This document shows positions 24,575 to 36,299 of a stretch of DNA of 64,000 bases, piece by piece. The position numbers and the translations under genes were made by a program. How positions within the stretch are numbered: the stretch's first letter is position 1; the number at the start of each line of letters is the position of its first letter. Source of the stretch: Vicugna vicugna (Eukaryota); contig MU058103.1 in assembly GCA_013265495.1 (NCBI GenBank), positions 1,062,870 to 1,126,869 of the forward strand. Direction: 5' to 3'. The notes beneath the pieces were generated by a model. It had not been told where the DNA came from, searched no databases, and saw only the letters and a program-made list of their open reading frames with translations.

Positions 24575-24845
24575 CAACAACAAGACACTCTCCTCCATTT
24601 ACTGAGTGTCTATTAATTTGCTATATTCGCTCTTATTATTGTAATTAACCCTGTGAGATCAATATGATTCTCTCTATTTTACAGAGATGAGCTTTAAGTG
24701 AATTACAAAAGAACACTTTCTAGAAAGTGGTGAAAATGGAAACCTAATCTAAGTTTTCTAACTCAAACCTCCATGGCATTGCAGTGAGCTAAATTGCCCA
24801 GAATAGTAGCTACTCAATAAATAGTTGTTGAATCAGTGGATGAAC
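24575..24845. mobile_element. MIR (-) followed by L2 tail (+)
   Basis: catttactgagtgtcta...attttacagagatga; tactcaataaatagttgttgaat. Confidence 0.6.
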
Positions 24846-25699
24846 AAATTTTAAGCTCAAATGACTGTTTTTTTCCTCCCCAGAATCATTAAAATGCCAT
24901 TTTGAAATCACACCATACATTCTCTACCAATTAAGGTACGTTTAGCAGAATATGGTCTGTTCAGTTTAAATTGATACACTTGGTTGGATTTGGTTTGCTG
25001 TCATAGGACACAGTAAGGCCCTCCCTAGAGCTTTAAATAATGTTCCTAGCTCCCCCCAGGCACCCTGCCTAAAGTGTAGCTAATTAAGTAGGAAAAAAGG
25101 AAAAAGAACTTTCTCCACAGGAAAAGTCAATTTGTCGGGGTGGCTGTTTTTAGTGGAGTTTATTAGCAGAATGGAGCTGGTAATGAAAGGCTGGCTAACA
25201 TGGATGAACCTTCTTGTCAGTCATGAAGACCAGAATGCATAGAATTGTTGAGAAGCCTTTCCATCCTTCCAACTTTGTTATGAAGAATTGAGGGTTAAAC
25301 CCATAAACTCAGGCAGTCATCATCTTGAAGTAGAAAACTGCTGGTTCCTTTTATAAGCCAGTGAACAACAAAGGAGCCAGCTTCTACTTCACCTTCACTG
25401 ACTCGAATGCTGTTCAGATTTGGAGTGTGGTGTGTGTCTGTGTACATCTGTGAACATGGCGTACCCGCTAATGGCTGTATTATAACGATCCAAGGGGATT
25501 CTGGAATCCCTATACTCATCTGACAACAACTGTCAGCAGATGTTGGACCCCAAGGTGCATTATTGCCAGAGACGATAAAATGGTGATCCTTTCTAATGAT
25601 GATCTCGTTCTCACTTAACCCTGCAAGCATCTACCACCGTGCCACTCACTTATACCTCCACTTAAGTGGTTAGGACTGAAAAAGGGAGTTGAGCAGCAT

Positions 25700-25895
25700 A
25701 AGGAAAGTATACTTGTCAAACTTCTGTCATATGCTGGATCTTAGGTACTTTGTGTGTATCACCTTACTTAATTCTCCAGCAATTATTTTGGTGGGTATTG
25801 TTCCCATTTTACAGATGGGAAATTGGGACCCTAGAGGCTAAACATCATATCTGGGATTATAAAGCCAGTAAAACTGCAGTTTCAACTCAGGAATT
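25700..25895 (-). mobile_element. MIR SINE
   Basis: ttcccattttacagatgggaaattggg. Confidence 0.65.
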
Positions 25896-27689
25896 GGGTG
25901 CGGGGGGAAAAAACAAAACTAGAGGTTTTTGTAAAATAGAAATAAATGGGCCACGTGATACAACCACTCAGAAAATTAATATAACTGTTAGCTTTTCTAA
26001 TAGATGTCCAGCATCCAGATGATAGCTTCTTATGTATTATGTCCTCACTTGCAGTGAGCACAGATCTGAAATACTACGTTCAATCCAGAGAGCGATATTT
26101 ATGAAACATTTACAGACTCCTGAGTATACAGAGGGAGATGCGCAATAAATAATGAGTTCAGAAATCGTATGACAAGAGAAATATATTATAAACTATGATC
26201 ATAAAATACCTTAATCCAACTCTCTCATTGGAGAATTAGATGCCAAAGTCCCCGAGGATGCATTCCTTTGCCAAAGATCACTGACCTTTCCGCTACTTCA
26301 GGAGAAAATAATGAAACAATCTTAGGAAGAATCTTCTCACAAGAGTAGACATCTCAGGCTGATTTTAAGTCAAAGGCCTTACAGCCAGGGTTCAACCACT
26401 GTCTTCCCCGGGGGTGGAGGAAGAGGTCTCCATGGCCTCTGAAGTCCCCAGAGGAAGATGCGAGGATCAGTGAGGAAGCGTGGCAGGGGGCCAGTTACAG
26501 ATTCACGTCCACAGGAATTTCATAAAAACTCTGAGCGTCTGACAACAAAAGGAGGCAAAACAGAAAACTAATATTCTCTTTCTCAAAACAAATTATTCTC
26601 CCCAAACATGGTTGTAGAATAAAACCTTGTTTTAATCATCTTAAAAAGGGAAACTAATACACAGATTTTGTCAGATTTTGTTAGATGACAAATATTAAGT
26701 GTCAGAGATGAATGTTAACCCAAGTCTGTTTAGCTCCAAGCCTGTATTTCTGATTCTCCACCATCGGCTCCCAGAAGGCACCCAAGTAGAAATTATTCAG
26801 TTGCCTGTCAGGGGTGTGTTAAAAGGAATCTCACGTTGGGAAGCAGGCTGGTCTTCACGACCTCTTAGATCTCTCCAGCTTCTCAGCTCCTTTGATTTTG
26901 TGATGCCGCTGGATGGCAGACATCTAACATTCAGGTAAGGCTAAAGATGGAAACTGGTGCTTAAAATAGAGCTTTGGAGGTTTTCACTTACCTTAATCTT
27001 CTCTGCATAGCTCTGTGAATGGCTGGCGTTTGGCCCCATTAAAGGTTTATACACCCTGGGCACGATGTTAGAAATTGCTCCCTCCAACCTTTTTGTGATA
27101 TGATTCTTGGCAGCTAAGCCCCATGCCAACTCCAGTGTGGTTTGCTTGGTGTGAAGATAATTACTCTAGGGTTAATTACAGAGTCCTTCCAACTTTATTA
27201 CATGGGATCCTCAGAGCCAGATTCTGTTTTGGGGGGATGCAGTTTGTAAGAATGACTACATACAAAAGTACAGTATTATTTGCAGGCATGAATCTGTGTA
27301 ACTGAATAAACTTCCAAGGAACTGGGTGGCGAGGTTTACTTGGTCCTTCCATTCCTACCTCACATTCCTTCCCTTAACACTCTGGGCAATCAGTGACGTG
27401 TGTTAGACACTTCCTAGATTCACCATGGGCTAGCTGGTCAAATGATTTAGAGATCAGGTGTATATAACTGTATCATGAGACTTTTCCGAAATTATAGTTC
27501 CTCTTTCTGAAATGCCTAATATGGTTGAATATTTCCTTTTTAAAGCCCTCTCCTGCATTGCCTCCAAAGGGATATCAATTACTATGCTTTTCTGCTTCAA
27601 ACAGTATAAAACTTACAGTGGCTGAAATAATGAGGATTTTTTTTGTTATGCAGTTTTCAAGTTATAAGAAGTACAGAGGTAAGAACACA

Positions 27690-28105
27690 ACCAGTGGTGA
27701 CCAGGGTACAACAGGTGTCTGTCTCTGCTTGGATTCTCTTTGTTCTATCCTTCTCATTGTCAACTTTGTGACTCATTATGGCCTCAAGGTGGCTCCTAAC
27801 CTCAGCAAACAAAATATTTCCATTTCTATATTCAGTGGGAGACAGAGAGGGAAATTACCAATGTATGTAATATGTCCTTTTTTTTTAGGTTTTATGGGGC
27901 CAACCTAGGTGTCTGGGTCAATAAGAATATAGAGAGATATGCCTCTGTCCATTTGGAGTGATTTGGAATGATTGGGATTTATTTCTAGAGCTGGGGATGG
28001 GATCAGTTTCCCCTACGTCGTGTAAGAGGAGACGGGCAGATACGTGAATATCAGCAGTGTTCTGTTCGGAAGCAAGAAGAGGCAAGAGGTTCTGCATGGG
28101 CAGAA
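27690..28105 (-). mobile_element. Old MaLR LTR (MLT1J/K/L-like)
   Basis: caaggtggctcc...gggatcagtttcccc...gtgttctgttcggaagcaagaagagg motifs. Confidence 0.4.
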
Positions 28106-28279
28106 TCAAGTTTCCTTGTCTCTCCTGGTGTCTGCTCCTTCTCCTCTGGGCTTTTCTCCTTCCACAGGTACTTCAGTGCTAGTGCTCTCTGCGTTCTGTT
28201 CTTGGCCTTCTGCTTGCACTCTAGAGAAACCATTTGTGGGTTATTATAATATACAGTGGACCCCTTCTATCATAGATGT

Positions 28280-28510
28280 GTATGGTGTACAGTGATTCAA
28301 AGAACCGACTCTGGAGCCAGGAGACCTGCATTTGAATTCCAGTTTGATCATTTAGTGTCTGAGCCATATTAAACAATTTCTTGAACTCTCTTTGACTCAT
28401 TACATGGAAAATTGAGATAACAACAGTACCTGTCCCATATGACAAAAGTTTGTATATGGATTAAAGAACAAAATATGTAAAGTGCTTAGAATAGTATCTG
28501 GCCTCATTTT
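28280..28510 (+). mobile_element. Near full-length MIR
   Basis: gactctggagccag...tttgaattccag...atgtaaagtgcttagaatagtatctggc. Confidence 0.8.
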
Positions 28511-29280
28511 TAAAAAGCCTCCTCATGATGCTTCCATCTCAAGAAAGGTTGATATGAGCAAAACGAGGAAAAAGAGAAAAGACAAGGCATTTCCCCTGTT
28601 ACCTATTGTCCTATTTCATGTACAAAAGGACAATGATGATAATTGTCTTAATCAAGAAAAAAAACCCGTGTTCCTTATGCTCACTGTTTGAAAAGAGGAA
28701 ATCAGCATGGATCATACTCCTGGGATATGCTAGGCCCCACGGGGGGGCTTTAAACCTGCCTCCTCCTGTAGTTTCTCCCCCATCAGCTGAAGCAGCATTA
28801 CTGTCACTCTTGCACACAGGAAGGTCTCAGGCTCAGAAGACCTGAGTGTGTTGCCCACGGGCAGGAAAGGGTGAAACCGTGATTGGAAATCAGATTACTG
28901 TAACTTCACTTGCTTACTTTCACCCATTCCTTTCAATTTAATTTAATCCTTGTTTTCTCTTTAAACCCTTTTCTGACCACTCAGACTGGGTTCTGCCATC
29001 CATGTCTCTGTTTGCAGAAGACCCTGTGCTTGCTGCTAGGGTACTGTTGATCACATCGTAATGTCATTGTCTGATATGATTTGCATGTCTCCTCATAGAC
29101 TTTTACCTCCTGTTGTGTTCTCAGCAGACAGCGGCATCCTCACTGAGTGTTAAATAAACAGATAAATTAATGGGCAGACGTGAGAGTCTTCAAACCCCAT
29201 GACATTCTTTCTTCTATAGCACTCCGAACTTCAGGCCTCTTTTTTAGGGAAATGTGCCAAATAAGGAGGGGTAGGTAAAT

Positions 29281-29318
29281 TAGATAGATACACAGACAGA
29301 CAGACAGACAGACAGACA
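29281..29318. repeat. (AGAT)/(AGAC)n tetranucleotide repeat
   Basis: direct read. Confidence 0.9.
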
Positions 29319-30869
29319 CCCTGTCAACATAGATGTAGAAGTAGATACAGATAGATTGATCTACTCTATAGATATTTCTGTGTATTCTGGGATGATTCTA
29401 GAAAGCTAGAGCTCAAAAGGACCTCAGTGCCTTGGCTTTTATCCACCCATGCCTGTGATTTTATACATGGGCCAGAGAGAAGTTTACTGGTCAAATTCCC
29501 TCAGTGAACCCTTGGCAGGGATGAGCCGCCATGTATGTATTCTTGTGGCTCCTGGTCCAGAACTTGGCCCTCAAAGCAAGACCTCCCTTTCAAACAGGGC
29601 GGATACTTGTCATATCACTTTGTCAGCTCACTGGGCTTTCCTTTGTAAAGCAGAAGAAAATCTTGAGAAAACTTCAAATTATAATGAAAGAACAGAGTAT
29701 GTGCGCGTATGTATGTGTGTGTAGAAATTGAATACAAGTTTTGCAAACAGTTTCTTGTTGCTGTGCTGGCTTGTTTTGTTTTTTTTTTCTTTGTTAGAGT
29801 TGTTTTCCCTTTCTTTACTACTATTATTAAACAAGCATTTTTGAGGGGCATGTCTATTATGCAGTGCTAGAGATTACCAGTTCAAAGCAGGGCCAAAAGT
29901 TAGGAAATTTTATGGGACTGGGGAGATGGGCCTCAAGGTAAGGTGATTTTTTTTTAATTAATGTACAGTATATAGAAAAACTGGAAAAATACAGCACTTT
30001 TGATTTTCACAGCAAGATAATAAATACTGACTTTCTCGCTTTAAGTAGCTCTATAGCTTTCTCTGAAAGGTGGGTGAGGAACACTTCAGAAAAATAACAG
30101 TTTATGAATGTCATTTATTGCTTACACATTTGATTATTCATGTATCTATTAAAGAGACTCAGATGTTAAGTTAATCTCATTTCTGTAGCAAGTACTTGCT
30201 AAATGTCTTGTCGGCGTTGAGTGTGGTGCTGGGTAAGACACCATATTAGTCTTCATCGTTGTTCTCGAGGAATTTGCCGTCTAGTAACACCGTCCCTCTG
30301 GATTACACACTAGCTTGTGGAAGTTGTTATTGCCTTTATGTGCATTAACACACGCTGATACTTATGACAGTCCTTTCATAGGTAGGTAGGCACGTAGTTA
30401 TTTTCGTTTTGTTTTTACAAATAAGAAAATGGAGTTTTAAGGATGTTAAGTGACTTGCCTCCAAATTTGCATCCAAGCACCTAACTCAGTGCCCAGTGGA
30501 AGGCTCGCCATCCCAGACCTCAGGTATCAGTAACGAGGGGAGTTGCATCACTTCTCCATTTCCCAGTTGATGAAATTGAAACCTCAGCCTATCTTATTAG
30601 CACTAATGCTCTTAAACTGGGAAAACAAAGTGAGATTCTGTCACTGGGGAGTTAATTTTTCTCATAAAGCGCTTTATTTATCGTAGTCCTGGAGGTCCTT
30701 TTGTACATGAGAGTTACTACCCCAGGTTAGATGTTTAGGTTTTGCATTATTAGTATTTTTCACTGCTCCCTCCCCAAACAAACAAATCAACTCCTGGTGT
30801 TTTCACACATGATGCTTACTCAGTCACAATGTGTTAAGTTGAATTATATACATTTACCTCTAAGGTTTA

Positions 30870-31075
30870 TCGTTCTGGTTAGGAGAACAGGGACTAGTGT
30901 CAGACTGCCTGAGTTTAAACCCTCCCTCTACCACTGGTCAGTTCTGTGACCTTTGACAAGTCTCTTAGTCTCTCTGTGACTTAGATTTCTCAATAAAAGT
31001 GGGGGTGATCAGTAATTATGTCATGGTGATCTGAGGCTGATCAGATGATAAGATGTTCTTAGCTCACTGACATCC
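30870..31075 (+). mobile_element. MIR SINE
   Basis: gtcagactgcctgagtttaaaccc...tgtgacctttgacaagt. Confidence 0.75.
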
Positions 31076-31119
31076 TAGAACTGCATTTCTTTACTTCCTT
31101 CCATTTCTTTCTCATTTTA

Positions 31120-31305
31120 CCGATGATCCCTAACTTCATTATATAGAAAAATCACCTAGGGAACTTGGGGCAAATTTAAATTCCTTAGCCCACCCCTAGG
31201 TACCTGAACCCATTAGGTTGATGTAGACCTAACAATTTGCATTTGCAGAATTCCTGGGTTACAATGCTGTAGGTAGGTCACCGTTCACATTTTGAGGAAC
31301 TCAGC
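31120..31305 (+). mobile_element. MER5-type MITE
   Basis: aatcacctagggaacttg...aatttgcattt...cacattttgaggaac. Confidence 0.55.
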
Positions 31306-32169
31306 CTTGGGACATTCGTATATATTTATTTTTTGCAGCCTGTGCACTTCTGCCCCTTCCTGTGGCCACATCCTGGTCAAGACCCAACTCTGTATGTTTC
31401 TGTAATTCCCTGTACTGCTACTCACAGGATGACAGAGACCTTCCCATCTCGTCCTATACACGTCTCAACCCTGCTCTTATCCTTCACTAAATCACTAAGT
31501 CCCTAAGAGCTAGAGGCAACCAAGCTTTTCCCACTAAACCACAAACCTCTGTAACTTCTTAGAAGCTGCCTTGAAATGTCCAAGGGAACATCCAAAGCAA
31601 CATTCTCAGCCTATCAGTGGGAAGACCTACATGCCATTTTCTGCTAGCAAAATGCTCATGAAAGTTCCTTCTTTAGGGGGAAAAAAAAAGGTAGCAAAGG
31701 AACAAGAAAAGTTATGAAGCTTATGTTAACATCACACAAATGTTACAGCATGGCCCTTGTATGCCAGAATTCCTTCCTGGAAAGTCTGAGTGTAAATGGC
31801 AGTTCAGGTGAGAAAGTAAATCCCTGAGTGAACCAGCTTATTGATGGACAGGTTTACAGCTGAGCCAGCACTAAGCGCCAGGCGCTGCGGAGTGTCTTCT
31901 GTCCATTTTACGTCGTCAAAGACTGTGTATCTTGACACAGTGAGGTGGAGGTAGAGAGAGAGGTATCTCAGCCTCTCTCCCCACCACATACCTTTCTGGA
32001 CAGGTTGTCTCTGCCAGAAAGTTCCCTGGACTATAGTGATGCCAACTCAGAGGATACACCAACCAGACTGAAGAAGAGAAAATGTACTTAGTTAAGAGGA
32101 TCAATTGACTGACATAATGAAGCCCCCTCACCAGGGTGGAGAAAGGAGGAAAATAAAGTTCAAGGATGT

Positions 32170-32410
32170 TGAGCAGAGCGAGAACTTGGCCGTTCTTTGT
32201 TTTGCTGGCGGGGGAGTCGGGAGGCACTTGTTACTTTCACACTGGAAGAGGCGACAAGGCACACCCGCCCGGTGTCCAGGAGCGGTCTCGGGGCCAGGGG
32301 CGCCAGGTGACCTCGCATCTGCCTCGCTTACTGATCGCATGACGTGGGAGTTATCGAAACTCCGCGTGCCTCCGTATTCTCTCCTACATTGTCTCCTCTA
32401 CCACGAGGAT
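32170..32410. promoter_or_regulatory. Small orphan CpG-island-like element overlapping a MIR
   Basis: 19 CpG by hand count in about 235 bp; GC box cccgccc 32264-32270; TGACGTGG 32340-32347. Confidence 0.45.
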
Positions 32411-32525
32411 GGTGGTGTCACTAGCTCTTTGGACTGACATCAAGAGTATATGACTTTAAGGTACGCAAAGTGCTTAGAATAAAGCCCAGCACATAGTGAC
32501 CACTGTTGAAATATTTCCTGCCATT
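32255..32525 (+). mobile_element. MIR SINE, CpG-enriched
   Basis: cttactgatcgcatgacgtgggagttatcgaaactccgcgtgcctccgt aligns to the MIR core; 3' end aaagtgcttagaataaagcccagcacatagt. Confidence 0.7.
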
Positions 32526-32969
32526 TTCATGTCTGCCTCCTTCTTCAGGTAGTGAATTTCTCGAGCTCTGGGGCCACAGCTGATTGATTTCCAGCAGAGG
32601 AATTGGTTCTGGGTTGAATTAGCCAGCCAGATGAGTAAGGCTCTGTACTGTGTCCTTTCTCACCAGACCAATTCTACTCAAAACCATGATGGGAATAGTT
32701 TCAGAGAAGCCAGGGGCTTGTGTGCTTCTCCTTTCAGAAATTAGAGAAGAGGTTTTTATTTTTTCTCTTTAACCACATCCAGAGCAGAAATCAAATCCAA
32801 AGAAAGAAATGGCAGTGAAGATGGACAGGAGGAGTAGATGGAAAGAGGTAAGACAGGAAGGGATGCCAAGGTGGAAAATTCTTACTAACGTTCACTGTCC
32901 TCTGCCCTGCTACAGGCATTATCTTTTTTAACATAGAGATTTTGGAAGTTCCCTCTTCAAATGTTTATT

Positions 32970-33100
32970 TCATTTAAATAAATGAAAATTATTAAATTTT
33001 ATAACATTTTGAATTTTATATTATTTAATTTAATATTATTTAAATTATAAATTTAAATTTATAAAATTATAAATTTTATAAAAGTTAAAAAAATTAAAAT
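32970..33100. repeat. AT-rich low-complexity tract
   Basis: almost pure A/T; contains a 20-bp palindrome at 33045-33064. Confidence 0.9.
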
Positions 33101-33176
33101 ACTTTGTTTACTGTTTTGAATAACGAAAGCATTCACATGAGCCTGAGTGCAAGGAAATCCCTTTGCATGTGCGTGT

Positions 33177-33178
<2 letters not shown>

Positions 33179-33213
<35 letters not shown>
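33179..33213. repeat. (AC)17 microsatellite
   Basis: direct read. Confidence 0.95.
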
Positions 33214-33214
<1 letters not shown>

Positions 33215-34619
33215 CTTAAGAGGAAACGAGCAACTTCATTTTAACATTTTTAGATCTCCATAGAGGTGTTATGTAATACTAGCTACCTTAATGTAGTATT
33301 TCTGTTCTTGCAAACAATGAATGAACGTCTTTAATATGAAGTTATTGCAACCCACATGCTGTCCCTGACCCAGAAGCAATCCCCTTTACAACTTTCCAAA
33401 ATTGTCTTTTTCTTGTTTATAGTTAGTGGACTAAACAATGGTATGTATGATTTCTAGCTGCTTCTTATGAAGGAATGAATAAATGAATGAGTGCATGAAT
33501 GAATAAATGTTTCCAGTGCAAGAAACTCAAATCACATTTCTAGAGCATAGTGAGTCAGGGAATTAACAGACTCTGCTTTCTGAAGTCAGAGAAGGAGGTT
33601 GTTTCAATTGTGCCACAACCAAGAGTTAAAGCAGATGATGCATTGAAGAAAGCAGTTCATTTCCCCTACTGAATCCTCTATCATTGTCCTCAATTGCACA
33701 CTTTACAAGAAAACTCTCCGATAGTTCTTTCTTGGTGAACATTTGCTGGGGAAAATCTATAAAGAGGTCTGATTATTGGAAGCTTAAACTTTCTTCTCGG
33801 CATACATTTTAAAAATAATGAAGGCTCGAAGCCACTCTGACAATAGTTCTTATTTGACCTAAGTGATTAAACGGGTCAATGGGAGTTCATTCTTCCCCCC
33901 TCAGGAAAAAATTAAAAAAAAAGCCCTCTGTGCCTATATTAGGATATCTTTGTGATTAGAAGACTCTCAACTCACCAGTAGCTGAGCAGAAGAGTTCTTT
34001 AGTGAAGAAACCGACACTGCTGAATGCTCAAGCTTAACAATAATTCCTTCTTGACACTAAAATGCACCTCTCCAGTGTACACTGTGATTGAAGGTCTTCT
34101 TGCTGTTTCTTGAACTGATACAAGCTTATACAATGCAATCATATGATGGGCTGCATTTTTTATGGAAATTGAAATGTGACCCATAAATTCCACATCAGAT
34201 CTGAAAAGACTGCCACTCTCGCAGGGTTGATTTGGGTACTGTGTATGTGCGTATGTGTGTGAGAGCAAGGAAACACATGTGCACACATGTACATGCACAC
34301 ACATAGCTGGAGAGAAAAGAACCTTTATTTTGGTATTTTTACGTGTTGGTAGAAGTTATTCTAGAATAGTATACCTTTGATGGCTACCTGCTGAGTATTT
34401 CTAGTCAGCTGAGATCAGATGGAAAGTCTTTTTTGCTATGTTTATTTTGTTTCCCTAAGTTATTTTTGTGGAAGGAGGATTTGCGTGATGATATCAAAAG
34501 TAGTTGATGGAGTTTTCCACTGCTGAGCATCTTGACAAGGGTTAGCCTCAGATCACACACACACACGTAAACACAAAACCAGTGAGCTACATTAGGTTTT
34601 GAACAAGGGGTTTGCAGCC

Positions 34620-35180
34620 AGAGAGCTTTGAGGTGAGTGATAATTCTGCCACTTGTTACTGTGCGATCTTAGCTAAACTCTGTGACTACTTGAGGTCTTA
34701 ATTTTCTCATCTGTAAAGCGAGGTTAGTGCTGACACATAGCTCCGATCCTCACATCTGGAAGGTGGTGGTTGTCATTATTATTGCTGTTGTTACTGTTTG
34801 ATTCTACTTCTGCTTGCTTGGTTTAGTGTGTATGTCTAACCCCATCTATTCTATCAAGCATTCTATTCCTGCCCGCAAAAATGAGCAGAGAGGTCCCAGT
34901 TTATAATCAGGCTATTTATGAGTCTGCTGCCTAACCATCGAGATGATTTTTCTTATGTTAATAGCAGCCAACTCAATTCAAACACCTATTCTTTGCCAGA
35001 CCTTGTGTAAATACCTTACGTCATTATGCCATTAATCTCTGTAGACATTCCACAAATGTTTCCAAAAGGAATGACCGGAATTCATCAAGATAATTTTCCA
35101 AGGTCACACAAGATATTTTATGTGTGCCCACAACAGATTTTTGTCATTCAAAGTTCCTGTCCTTTTTTGTTGTACCACTT
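34620..35180. mobile_element. Two MIR fragments (+ 34620-34790; - 34950-35180)
   Basis: tctgccacttgttactgtgcgatcttag...ttctcatctgtaaa; ccaaggtcacaca. Confidence 0.6.
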
Positions 35181-35307
35181 TGCCCTTCAATTGTATGAAA
35201 AGAAAAGTGAGGATCAGATAAAGACGTGGCTCAGACATGGTGCTAGCTTGCAAAATCCCACCAATTCAGAAGGTAGCTGGTATTTAAACTGTTGTCTCTT
35301 TGTATTT

Positions 35308-35720
35308 GTGTACATCTTAGGATGCCTTCAGTGACAAGCAATAGAAAAATCTGACTCAAACAAGCTTAGAAGATAAGGAAATTAATCACCTCTACGACAG
35401 CAAAACCAGAGGTGGAAAGAGTGTTAATGTTAACACAGTTCATAGTGCAACAATGCTTTGAGGCTCAAGGCTCTTTCCACCTCCCCTTTCTGCCTGTTTA
35501 GTTTGAGTTTCATGGTCACTATTCTAGAATGATTGCTGCATGTCCAGATGTCACACATGGGTTCCTCTTCCTGTATCTCTTTCTTTGGAATGACGACTCC
35601 ATTTCCAGAAGCCCTAGTAGTCTTTTTAAGTATCTCTTATTATTGAGATACATGACAATTCCTAAACAATTACTGGCAAGGAGATTGGTGATTACTATGG
35701 TGCTTAGTCAAAACCTTTGG
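35308..35720 (-). mobile_element. MaLR LTR (MLT1J/K-like)
   Basis: ttaggatgccttcagtgacaagcaatagaaaaatctgactcaaacaagctta is the antisense MLT1 terminus. Confidence 0.6.
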
Positions 35721-35762
35721 CGTGGAATGGATGCTGGGGAGACACCTGATAAAGCTCTCAGA

Positions 35763-35787
35763 TGTGTGTGTGTGTGTGTGTGTGTGT
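35763..35787. repeat. (TG)n microsatellite
   Basis: direct read. Confidence 0.95.
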
Positions 35788-36299
35788 ACGCATGTGTAGG
35801 GATTTTACAGTATACTTCTGTACACCATGGATAATATCCCCACTGCTCTGCAGATATAGTAGCTTCCTATTCTTTGTGGTGTCCTCCCCTACATGGAAAT
35901 AAGGGATTAATGACGAGCTCTCATGAAATGAAGAATGTTTCTTCCAGCCCTTTATGTGTATAATGGAGTCCATAAGATATTAGAAGGCAAGTATCTAAAA
36001 AGCCAGGAGTGCCTTGACTGGAGCCCAATTTCTTGGCACTTTTTGACTTCTAATTAAACAGGGGTGGTGCTTGAATAATTAGATAAGCCCATTCGGGGAA
36101 ATCACTTGAATGGGATGTATCTACAGCCATAATGCCGAAGTCTTATTGAGAAGAGAGTCATTAAGCAGTGAATTTTAAGAACTGTAACAGAGCTGATTTG
36201 TGTTGTCTAGATGTTTCCGTGAGCTCATATTTGTCTCAGTAAATATCTTTATTTATTTTGGATTAATAGTTCGGATTGGCATTGCAGGGGCATGTGGCT

